NCBI GenBank assembly: GCA_030265395.1
Contig: JARFYF010000065.1
Span: 11,017,692 to 11,081,691 of the forward strand
Length of the DNA: 64,000 nucleotides
Direction: 5' to 3'
From: Rhina ancylostomus
Lineage: Eukaryota
Within the stretch, counting starts at the first letter, position 1. Each line of letters begins with the position of its first letter. Below the pieces are notes generated by a model. The model had not been told where the DNA came from, did not search any database, and saw nothing but the letters and a program-made list of their open reading frames with translations. This document shows, one piece after another, positions 48,234-58,480 of this stretch. The position numbers and the translations under genes were made by a program.

Positions 48234-49979
48234 CTGCAGGAGGGGAAAGGTAAGAGGATAAATTAGGAAGCAGGAAACAAAAGTTGGCCTCATTATTAGT
48301 TGCTTGTCAACATCCCATCCCCAGCCTTACATGTTAGCTTTTCACACATATTTCCTTCCAAATTCCAAAAACTGGTTAACTTTCACAAACAATCATTAGG
48401 GTGAATAAATCTTTTGACCAACTCATTTACATCAACTCCAATGCTTCGTCATGAAGGACAACTCCACAGAAAGTAAAATTCATGAGCATTCAACTTTGGA
48501 GTTACCTATTAGATCACAGATTAGATTAGACTAGAATAATTTATTGCCACATACACCAGGGTGCAATGAGATTCCTTGTTACAGAATCCTGCAGTACATT
48601 AGGAAGCCTTTTGTTCCATCATACCTATGCCTCTTTGGAAAAGCTACTGAAATCACCCCATAATGCAACTCTTCCCAAAACCCCCAAAATTAAACTTCGT
48701 CAAACACGTACCCAATTAGCCCAAATCTACCACCATTCCAGATGGTGGAATTTAGATCTTAGCTGATCTCTATGTGGAAACCAAATCCTCCCATTTCTCC
48801 CTCTAGTTCCTTTGCCAATTATTTCAAACCTATGGCTCTGGTTACCACACAATTGCCAGAGGAATCGGTTGTAGGAAGGAAGAGTTCACACCACCCCAAT
48901 ATCTCACTGACCTGGACAGCCTGTAGGATCAGAGTATGATGAGTTAAACCAGCATTTTGGAATTACGCACACTAGTGCCTGGCTGTAAGGTTTAAAGCAG
49001 GTGGACTCCTCAAATAATAAAACAGTAGGAAGATATAAAGCGATTAATAAAAATCAAAAGGGCAATATTACCATGGTTGTAAAGTGCTTAATAAAGTTCC
49101 AGTAAACCAATATAACTATAGCTGCAAAGTGATTAAGAGAAAATAAAAGAGGCATTGTCACCACTTACTGTGTCTGTTTTATTTATGGTTTACATGGAAA
49201 GAAAGTCTTTATGGTTGAGATGAATTCTCTATAGTAGACAATCATATATTAATTGTGAGTAAAATATGTCAATAAAACTTTGATCCTCTATTGTTCTAAC
49301 TTTACGAGGATGCATATAACCTGTTGTCCAAGGTAATAGGACAAATCAGTCCAAAATATTTCGTGCTGGGACCATTCAATCACCACAAAAATAAGGCAAA
49401 GAGTTCAAAGTGGGAGAACTGGAATGGGATGGCTATGATAAATCAGCTATAAAGAGAAGCTAAAATCAGAGGGTGGGCTTTCGGAAAATGAATGCTGAAA
49501 CCACAATAAATGTCTGATGAGGAATCTGTGGTGAAGACACCAAAGTAGGAATCTTCCTTCGAACAGTGCAGATAAGTTACAACGTGAAAAATGACAGGGG
49601 CAAAAAAAATTGCAATTGTTGGAAATCTGAAGCAAAAACAGAAAATACTGGAAATGCTCAGTAGGTCAGGCAGTATCCATAGAGAGAGAAACAGAATTAG
49701 TATTTCAGGTCAATGACTCTTCATCAGAACCGGAAAAGTAAGAAAACAAGCATGTTTTAAATTGCAGAAAGTAGGTGGAGAGAACCCTTCCTTTGATAGG
49801 GTGTAGACCAAAGTTGTCAAGGTAACCATTACTGCCAGAATTTGAAGTGGTGGTGTTGAAGATAAGGCTGGGACCTGGTTCTAGTACTGCCATTTTTTGG
49901 TTTAAGTCTCCACCATCAGAGATATGCAGCTCCACTTTGTACCAGAGAAACACTGGTTTCACAGCATGAACAATTCACT

Positions 49980-50842
49980 GTTACTTAAACAGATGAGGAA
50001 ATCCAGCTATCAAGAACCGACAATAACAAAGCAAACATGCTGGGCATAGCTTGTGGCCACAGAGCTCTTTGCCTCTCAAAAAAGCAGCTGAAATTAGAAA
50101 CTTTGGTGCATTGTGATGATTGAGCTAATGAAACAATAACAAGCACAGTAGGCAGTATATGTGAAGGCAATGTATTACAAAGAGATTTTAGTTGACTGAG
50201 CAAATGGGCAAGGTTGTGGTTAATGGATTTCAATGCAGATAAGTATATGGTCTTTCACTTGGACCTAAAAATAGAACAGATAAAGTCTAAATGATGTAAA
50301 GCAAGAACAGTGGAGGTCAAAGGAGACTTGAGGGTCCAGGTACATTAAAATACCTTCTTTCTATCAGGAGGTTTGCAGCACAAGCGGGTGGAAACAATAT
50401 TTCAGCAATTCAAATTCCAGGCTAGACCACATATGGAGCACTGGAAGCATTTCCAGGCAACACACCTATGGAAGGATGTATTGAACGAGCTGTGACCCAG
50501 ATTTACCAATGAGCCTGATTAATTTACGAGGCAAAATTGTACAAACTAGGGTTGTATTCATTGGAGTTCAGAAATTAAGGACAGATTTCATTGAAGTTTT
50601 CAAGGGAACTAATTAAGTGAATTGAGAAAAAACAATTTTCACTGTTTCTGGAGTCCATGGCTGGGCAACAAGGTCTAAAATTTAGAGCCAATCTTTTCAG
50701 GAATGAAGTTAGGAAATACATCTACATGCAGGAGATGATAGAAATTTGGAACTCTCTTCCAACAGGTATTTGATAACAGGTCAATTGCTAATTTAAAATC
50801 GAAGATTGGTAGTTTTTAAAACCATACGGGGCAAAGGCAAAT
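49980..50842 (+). mobile_element. Degraded CR1 LINE 3' part
   Basis: Decayed CR1 RT C-terminal coding (gagacttgagggtcc, ggctagaccacatatggagcactg) leading into the 3' tail. Confidence 0.7.
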
Positions 50843-51123
50843 TGATATTGGCATTGGTTTATTATTGTCACTTGTACTGAGGTACAGTGAAAAACTTGTC
50901 TTGCGTACTGATCGTACAGATCAGTTCATTACACAGTGCAGTTACATTGAGTCAGTACGGAGTGCATTGAGGTAGTACAGGTAAAAACAATAACAGTACA
51001 AAGTAAAGTGTCACAGCTACAGAGAAAGCGCAGTGCAATAAGGTGCAAGGTCACAACAAGGTAGATCGTGAGGTCAGAGTCCATCTCATCGGATAAGGGA
51101 ACCGTTCATTAGGGAACCGTTCA
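50843..51123 (-). mobile_element. Young 5'-truncated LINE 3' tail (same family as 16740-16950)
   Basis: ggtttattattgtcacttgtactgaggtacagtgaaaaacttg is shared with 16744-16790; CCAATN-like tail repeats occur at the left end. Confidence 0.7.
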
Positions 51124-51129
51124 ATCCTT

Positions 51130-51385
51130 TGCTGCCTTGGACACCTATTGATCTCTGCCTCAAATACACCCAATGACTTGGCCTCCACGGCCGCCCATGG
51201 CAACAAATTCCACAGATTCACCGCCCTCTGGCCAAAGAAATTTCTCCCCATCTCTGTTCTGAATGGGCGCCCTCCAGTCCTGAAGTCGTGCCCTCTTGGA
51301 CCAGACTCCCCTACCATGGGAAACAACTTCGCTACATCTACTCTGCCCAGGCCTTTTAACATCCGAAATGTTTCCCTGAGGCTCC
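51130..51385 (-). mobile_element. CR1 LINE 3' fragment (young)
   Basis: LKGLGRVDVAKLFPMVGESGPRGHDFRTGGRPFRTEMGRNFFGQRAVNLWNLLP. Confidence 0.88.
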
Positions 51386-51630
51386 CCCCTCTCAGTTTAC
51401 ACTGAGGTTTGTAACCAACGCAAAATCCATGAGGTAATGGCGTTTAAATTGGCCGCCGCCCTCTCTGGAATGGCGTTTGAACCGCTAACTGTGCTGCCGG
51501 GTCCAGGCCGTCTGCTCTCCCAGCCCCACCCTGAGCGGTCCCAACGCGAGTGGGGCGGGACACGGCGTGTGGCCGGTGCTGTACACACCGGGCTCCTGTA
51601 CTGTGGTGTGTGAGGTCGAGCAGGGCTCAC

Positions 51631-51802
51631 CTGAACGCTGTTCCCCAGGGTGCGGATGTAGTCGGCCTCTGTGAGTCTGCAGACGTGCAGCTTGTTAGGT
51701 TTCTCCATGTTCTTCACCCACTTGTTGGCCTGACCCTGCGGGTCGATCATGAGCGGCCAGCGATGGGCAGAGGTCACGATGATGGCGTTGTCCACCGAGA
51801 AC
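51631..51802 (-). CDS. Axonemal dynein heavy chain exon C (start of AAA5)
   Basis: ctctcag|G TTC TCG GTG...GTT CAG|gtgagc; 172 nt; FSVDNAIIVTSAHRWPLMIDPQGQANKWVKNMEKPNKLHVCRLTEADYIRTLGNSVQ, carrying the RWPLMIDPQGQANKW AAA5 signature. Confidence 0.92.
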
Positions 51803-51884
51803 CTGAGAGGAGAGTAACAGTGTGTGAGGGCACCCGTTCCCGGGAACAGCAGCGTCTCGTCGGAGCGTCGGGAAGAACACTTAC

Positions 51885-52018
51885 GTGTCCCGTGGCAGTC
51901 CATGCAGCTGCCACTCCATGATGCTGACGGGGTCTCCCAGGGTGCTGGACAGGGAGAAGGCACTGGAGACCGGGATTAGCTTCTGCTTGCACATGGACAG
52001 CCATTCCTTCAGTGCGTT
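51885..52018 (-). CDS. Axonemal dynein heavy chain exon B
   Basis: ggcag|AAC GCA CTG...GAC AC|gtaagt; 134 nt; NALKEWLSMCKQKLIPVSSAFSLSSTLGDPVSIMEWQLHGLPRDT. In phase with exons A and C. Confidence 0.9.
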
Positions 52019-52116
52019 CTGCCAGAGAGGGAGCAGACGAAACAGCAGGTGAAACACTGCGGGCTGGGGCTCCGACACTGACAGCGGCTGGAGGTGGCAC
52101 GGGCACACCAGAGGGA

Positions 52117-52700
52117 CAGAGCACAGAAGAGCACAGAGAGCACAGAACACAGAAAGCACATAGACCACAGAGAGCACAGAGCACAGAGACCACAGAGCAC
52201 AGAGAGCACAGAGCACAGAGAGCACAGAGCACATAGACCACAGAACGCAGAGAGCACAGAACGCAGAGAGCACAGAACGCAGAGAGCACAGAGTACACAG
52301 AGAGCACAGAGTACACAGAACACATAGACCACAGAACACAGAGAGCACAGAGCACAGAAAGCACAGAGCACACAGAACACATAGACCACAGAAAACAGAG
52401 AGCACAGAGAACACAGAACACATAGACCACAGAGCACAGAGCACATAGACCACAGATCAGAGAGAGCACAGAGCACAGAGTACACTGAACATAGAGAGCA
52501 CAGAACACAGAGAGCACAGAACACAGAGAGCACAGAACACACAGAACATATAGACCACAGAGCACATAGACCACAGTGCCAGAGCACATAGAGCACAGAG
52601 CACACAGCACAGAGCGTACAGCACATAGAGTACACGGAGCACAGAACACAGAACAGAGAGCACAGAGCACACAGAGCACAGAGCATAGAACAACACAGCA
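52117..52700. repeat. Degenerate (AGAGCAC)n-type tandem repeat in the dynein intron
   Basis: Repeated agagcac / agaacac / atagaccac units; the source of the spurious Cys/Val/Leu-rich ORFs. Confidence 0.95.
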
Positions 52701-52985
52701 CAGGAAGAGGCCCTTCAGCCCACCATGTCCACACTGACCCTGATCCCAATTCAATCCCATCCCCCTGCAGGGCCCACATCCCTCCATTCCCTGGTGTCTG
52801 TGGGACCCGTGCCCCACACCGCTGGGTCACACCCAAACCCCGTGCCACCACTGACGGCCTCCATGTAACCACACGCAGAAGGGGAGGGAATATCCCGCAG
52901 CCGCTGCTGTCTGAGGAACCCGGAGGTTGCCCGTCCTGTTACCGGATGTCCGTGCAATGGGGCAGCGACTGGCAGGGCGCCTCAC

Positions 52986-53157
52986 CTGCCGGTAGTCGGG
53001 GGTGAAGGGCCCGAGGTAGGCCACCATGCCGGTGCTCAGCAGCGTGTCGCCGACCATGTTCTGGTAAGAGTTCTGCAGCTGCTTCACGATGCTGGTCCAC
53101 CGCCCCCTCTCCCCTCCCAGCCCGGCCAACAGCTCCTCCGCACGGTCCAGCTTCACC
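52986..53157 (-). CDS. Axonemal dynein heavy chain exon A (stalk CC2 region; DNAH3/7/12-like), nested in CACNA1A intron 39
   Basis: ttgcag|G GTG AAG CTG...CGG CAG|gtgagg; 172 nt; VKLDRAEELLAGLGGERGRWTSIVKQLQNSYQNMVGDTLLSTGMVAYLGPFTPDYRQ, with the dynein GLGGExxRW and YLGPF motifs. Confidence 0.9.
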
Positions 53158-53184
53158 CTGCAACCGACACGCAGCGTTAGGGAG

Positions 53185-53287
53185 GGAGAGGACCCCAGCC
53201 CGGGGGGAGAGGACCCCAGCCCGGGGGGGAGAGGACCCCAGCCCGGGGGGGAGAGGACCCCAGCCCGGGGGGGGAGAGGACCCCAGC
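53185..53287. repeat. GC-rich minisatellite (about 22-24 bp unit gaggaccccagcccggggggga) running into a 100-N gap
   Basis: At least 4 copies with a variable G-run, directly visible. Confidence 0.95.
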
Positions 53288-53518
53288 NNNNNNNNNNNNN
53301 NNNNNNNNNNNNNNNNNNNNNNNNNNNNNNNNNNNNNNNNNNNNNNNNNNNNNNNNNNNNNNNNNNNNNNNNNNNNNNNNNNNNNNNCAGCAGAAGAGGC
53401 TGAATAGCTCCTGTTCAAACACAGTACTGACAATAAGGTGGCAGGAACCTGGCCTACTGGTTGGTTGCAACATAGGGAGATGACAAGGGGAAAGAATTTA
53501 AAAAAATGCACTACTTAC

Positions 53519-53626
53519 ATTTATGAGGAGTAACCAGCAGATCAATTGTCTTCTGGGAGAGGGTTGGCCAAATGGACATCATCTCCTTCCTCAACTCGCG
53601 GTCCATTTGGTGCTTGTCAGCCCCTC
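53519..53626 (-). CDS. CACNA1A: CACNA1A exon 39 (pre-IQ)
   Basis: ttattag|GA GGG GCT GAC...CAT AAA T|gtaagt; 108 nt; [35 protein letters not shown]. Confidence 0.96.
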
Positions 53627-54774
53627 CTAATAAAGAGGTAGGCAATATACGATTGATCAATACATTTAACGCTGATTAAGCCATCATGGCTGCAAGAAAT
53701 GTCTCTATAGGCAACCACTGAGGAGCCAGATTTCCTTTGCCACCAGATTAAAATCTCATGTACCTAGTTCATGAGGTGCAATAATCACAATTGATTCGGC
53801 ACAGTCGCTATATCTTGCAGTGGCTTAGGTCAGACCTTGCAGCAGGATATTTTCCCCAGCCAGAAATAAAATGGACCTGAAGCTCCCACATGTCTTAACA
53901 TCTTTAGCTATTAAGGAGGAATGGGATGCAGATGAAGAGAAAACACTTCCGCTGGTTGGGAAGTCTAGGGTTAGGGCAAGGACTCTAAATAAAGGCAGAG
54001 TTTCAGGAGTAAAGTTCAGAAATACCTCCACATACATGGAAATTTGGAATTCTATAACAAATGGGATTTGAAAGTGAATCAACTGTAAATCTTAGATCTG
54101 AGATTGGTAGATTTCAAAAATATTAAGAGAAGCGGAGCAATAGGTTATGTTACAGATCTAGCTCGATCTCATCAAATGGCAGAACAGGCTTGAGGGATTA
54201 GATGGCCTTCTGATGTTCCTCTCAGGGACCACAAATTAATGAAGTGCAGTGATGAGAAAATAAGGCAGTTTTTCTTTGCTTAAAATAAGATTCCTGAATT
54301 AGTATTCAAGGAAGTCATGAGTTAAACTGAGGTTTGTATGCAGGGTAAAGGAGGACTAGATCTGGCCTCAAATGACACCACTTTTAGTTGCCGTCCGAAG
54401 CATCAGGAGGAAACACACAGAACTCCGGTCAATGTCTCACCCAAGGCCACTTGCCACAAGAAGGTGGTCTCCCAGAGGCTCCCGATGGCAGGTGTCAACC
54501 GTTCAATTTGCTGACTCAAAGGTGAGAACAAACTCAGGGACTAATTCACCAACCTGACCAAAAGATGCCCCTGTGCACCCTCTAGATGTAACGTCCAATG
54601 GGAGAAAGTTCCTTGCCTAGTGTGACCTATGTGTGCGTCCAGCAACGTGATCGACTCGACTGAAATGGAGGAGNNNNNNNNNNATTAAATGAAGGCCCTG
54701 CCAGCAATGCTCACATCCTGTGAACGAAGAAAAGTAAATGATCGCCCTGTGACCCATTCAATAGCATAAGACGG

Positions 54775-55105
54775 TGATCCTGATAGAGTAGACATGGAGA
54801 GGATGTTTCCATTGGTAGGAGGGTCTAGGATCCGAGGGCACAGCCTCAGAATAAAGGGATGTCCCCTTAAAACTGAGATGTGGAGGAATTTCTTCAGCCA
54901 GAGGATGGTGAATTTGTGGAATCCGCTGCCACAGAGGGCTGTGGAGGCCAAGTCATTGGGTGTATTAAGGCAGAGATTGATAGGTTCTTGATTGGTAAGG
55001 GGGTTAAGGGTTATGGGGAGGAGAATGGGGTTAAAAAAATCAGCCATGATTCTATGGTGGAGCAGACTTGATGGGCCAAATGGCATAATTCTTCTATATC
55101 TTATG
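54775..55105 (+). mobile_element. CR1 LINE 3' end (young)
   Basis: MERMFPLVGGSRIRGHSLRIKGCPLKTEMWRNFFSQRMVNLWNPLP, followed by the tail. Confidence 0.88.
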
Positions 55106-55230
55106 GTGTTACGATGTCACAAGGGTTGGATGCTCAGCAAATGCTTGGATGCCTTTGAATGAACTTTCCCTTTGTTTGTTGTGTCCTGCAGCAGGGGTGA
55201 TCAGCAGGGACATCAGTGATACAGCCTTAC

Positions 55231-55336
55231 CTTTAGCAATTTTGATGTCCAAGGCTGTTCTAATCAAAGCCATAAGCGTGGAGTTGAAATGCACGCTGTT
55301 GTCCTCGGCAACTGGCAAGTCCATTCGCAAGAGCCT
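55231..55336 (-). CDS. CACNA1A: CACNA1A exon 38
   Basis: ccacag|AGG CTC TTG CGA...GCT AAA G|gtaagg; 106 nt; [36 protein letters not shown]. Confidence 0.97.
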
Positions 55337-55489
55337 CTGTGGAGAAGCAATCACACAACAGACCTAGCCCAAAGCACCATTAGCCGCCTGGTGCAAAGCA
55401 GAGCCAATCGAGGTTCCTTTCAATATTGTTTCAAACAATTCATTCCACTTGTGTACAAAATTCAAGCACTTAGGACACAGTTGCAATTG

Positions 55490-55535
55490 AACACAACGCA
55501 CGCACGCACACACCCACACACACACACGCACACGT
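55490..55535. repeat. (CA)n/(CGCA)n microsatellite
   Basis: acgcacgcacgcacacacccacacacacacacgcacac. Confidence 0.85.
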
Positions 55536-55895
55536 ATAATCCGCGGGACAGAACACAATGCAATGGCATTCCCAGATCCACTTGAGGTACTGACATCCAG
55601 TTAACAAACACAGAGGGATGCAGACACATGCAGCATGCACACAGGTACCCCCACGGAACAAGCAATGCAGTTACACTGGACACAGAAGCTTCTAAGGATA
55701 AGACGCTGGATTCCATTCGCAGCTATGCTAATGCTTAAAATCTGCTCTCCCAGTGCAATGGAGCATCATTCAGAGATCATTAACAGCGGCATCCAGTAGT
55801 TCCTGTGTGAATTAGGAATGGTGCATTTGCTGCAATTGAAATAATGGAATGGTTTCAAAGATATTTTCTTCAGGAAAGTGTTATGCCAGTAATGG

Positions 55896-55931
55896 AAGAG
55901 AGAGAGAGAGAGTCAGAGAGAGAGAGAGAGA
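55896..55931. repeat. (GA)n microsatellite
   Basis: Interrupted gagagaga run. Confidence 0.85.
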
Positions 55932-57639
55932 TAATGGGGAGAGGAAGACAATGGCAAATAGAGGATGGCAAGAGGTTAAGACACATGAGTGAGGNNNNNN
56001 NNNNNNNNNNNNNNNNNNNNNNNNNNNNNNNNNNNNNNNNNNNNNNNNNNNNNNNNNNNNNNNNNNNNNNNNNNNNNNNNNNNNNNNNNNNNNNAAGACA
56101 CATGAGTGAGGGGTAAGAAGTGATAGAAATTGACTTGTGCTGAGTGAGGAATGTTGGAGACCACATAAAGCACACTTGTTCCAAAGGGTGTACCTCAGGA
56201 AACACCAAGGGAAGTGAAGCCTTTATATTTTTGCATTTGTTGAAAGTGCATTTTCATTGTACCCTGAAAACTGATGTAAAGATTGCTGTCCTGATTTCAG
56301 TGCTCCAATAAATAGTTAGAATTTCAAAGTTAGAGCGGGGAGCTATTGACTATTATTTGATAAAATATAGTGATAAAATAAACTTGTGAAGAACAACACA
56401 CAAGAGTTTGGAAGGTACTAATTTAAGAACAGCTGTAGCAGACTGTGTTGGATGTAAGGGTGCCTCACAGAAACTCGTTGCCTGCTCACCCCAGTATTGC
56501 TAATCTTTGATTTGGAATCCCAAAAGGAGTCCTGCCCGAATTTTGCTCCCAGGAGTGGTCAAACACACATCACCAGGGTGTTGACCCGAAGGCCACAGAC
56601 TCCAACTGGTCCACACACTCTGCTGCTGCCAAACAATATTGGGTGGGTGCCCACCTACTGCAGCCTGTGATGTGCAAGATCTAGAGTTCATTATGATGTC
56701 CCCAACAATTTCCATGAATTACCAGGTAGTCCATATCCAACTGGGAGATTTCCCAAGTACGGAGCATAACTCATCTCCCAGCAACTCCAATTCACTATCT
56801 TCTTGTATCACAGACTTTCAGTCTCTGAGAACATGTAGCTGCATTGAGTCAGCTAATGAAGGACTAATCTTGTGCCTGTATTCAGCAGTTGCTCAGGCCC
56901 ATGGTGAAGTGATCAACAGCTCTGCAGGAATGCTGCGGTGTGTCTTAGCAGCAGGAAGGGAGGGTACATCGAGTAGGGAGTTACCCACACCACATCATGA
57001 CTGCTGCAACCATACTTAGAGTTATACAACTGATGGTAAAAAGGCCCATGTGGTTGTTAGCACAGCAGCTCAAAACTGGCTTGCAAAAATGTCAGCAGGC
57101 ATAACAAATCATTCCTCCCAACAACACAGCCATTTTCTGGCACGCCTTGTAACCTCATTGTCTGGAAGAACATGAAATGTCAAAGAGGATGAAGGTCAGG
57201 AAAGTAAAGGAAAAGCCCATGGATAGAGGGGAAACTTACAGATGGAGACACATGGGGAAATCAGAGGGTAAAGTTCAAAGAGCAGATTCTTCAAAAATAA
57301 GAAAGATTTGGCACTAGTCAGGATCTGAGTGTGACCTGTACTTCTCATCAGTCTTTGTGCGATCCAGAAATGAAGAGGCTGCCTCCATTTGTCAGGATTG
57401 TCTGAGGTTTTGGGAGTCGATTTTGTGAGTGGGTTTTATAAAGGTGCCATCTTCCAAAAGGGAGCTTTCCTTAGGGTGGAGAGTTTTGTCAGCTGGCTGA
57501 TTCCTGGAATGCCTAACGTTGGCATCATCTACTGCTGCTATTTTGTAATTCCGTTCTCAGCCTTTGTGAAAGCTCTGAATTTTCAATCAGCCATGTTTCC
57601 AGATTTAAAGGTGTGATTGGTGGACCAGTTAATTAATGA

Positions 57640-58480
57640 GGCAATATAGAGAGTTCTGTGTTCAATGATGGCATAGAAAGCCACATGTTCAAGTTTGCCA
57701 ATGCAACAGATAGCAGTGCCAGAAGCAATTTAGATGGTATATAATATTAATGGATTAAGCAGATGGACAATGTTGTGTCAAATGGCAATACAGGCATCAA
57801 TGTTGGACAGAGTACTTTTCAAATGAAAGGCTGACGAAGTGGAGACGCATTTAGGGATCTAGATACTTAGGTCATTAAAATCTCATGGACAGCTACCAAA
57901 GATGATCATAAAAGCTAATGGAACGTTGGCCTTTATATCTGGAGTACAAGAAGCAGAGGTTATGTTTCAGTTATGCAAAGCCCTGGTTAGACTGCTCCTG
58001 GAGTACTGGGAACAGTCCTGAACACCACATCTTCGGAATGATGGACTACCCTTGTACGGACAGTGGTGCAGATTCACAAAGATGATAAGAGGTCCAAGGG
58101 TTAAATTATGAGGAGAAATTATACAAGCTAGGGTTCAGCTAGAGAGAAAATTCTTCTGTATATACTGGGAACAGGAGCTAAAGANNNNNNNNNNNNNNNN
58201 NNNNNNNNNNNNNNNNNNNNNNNNNNNNNNNNNNNNNNNNNNNNNNNNNNNNNNNNNNNNNNNNNNNNNNTGGGAATGTTCCGATCTGCAGAGGGTAGGA
58301 GATATTTGGAACTCTCTTTCACAAATGGTAATTAATATTGGATTGCTGATTTTCAATCTGATATTAATAGATCTGTATTAATCAAAGATGGGAAAGGAAA
58401 TTAGGTAGATGAAGTTAGATCATATAACAGCTAAGATTTTTTACGAAATAACAGAACAGGCTTCAGGGGCTGTTCCTGTT
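57640..58480 (+). mobile_element. Degraded CR1 LINE 3' part
   Basis: aagtttgccaatgcaac (FADD-like), gccctggttagactgctcctggagtactg and a CR1-type tail. Confidence 0.7.

Noticed and set aside
51774-52872. Long Cys/Val/Leu-rich ORFs (347, 287 and 190 aa)
   Set aside because: They are translations of the (AGAGCAC)n tandem repeat; only the embedded dynein exon B is real coding sequence.
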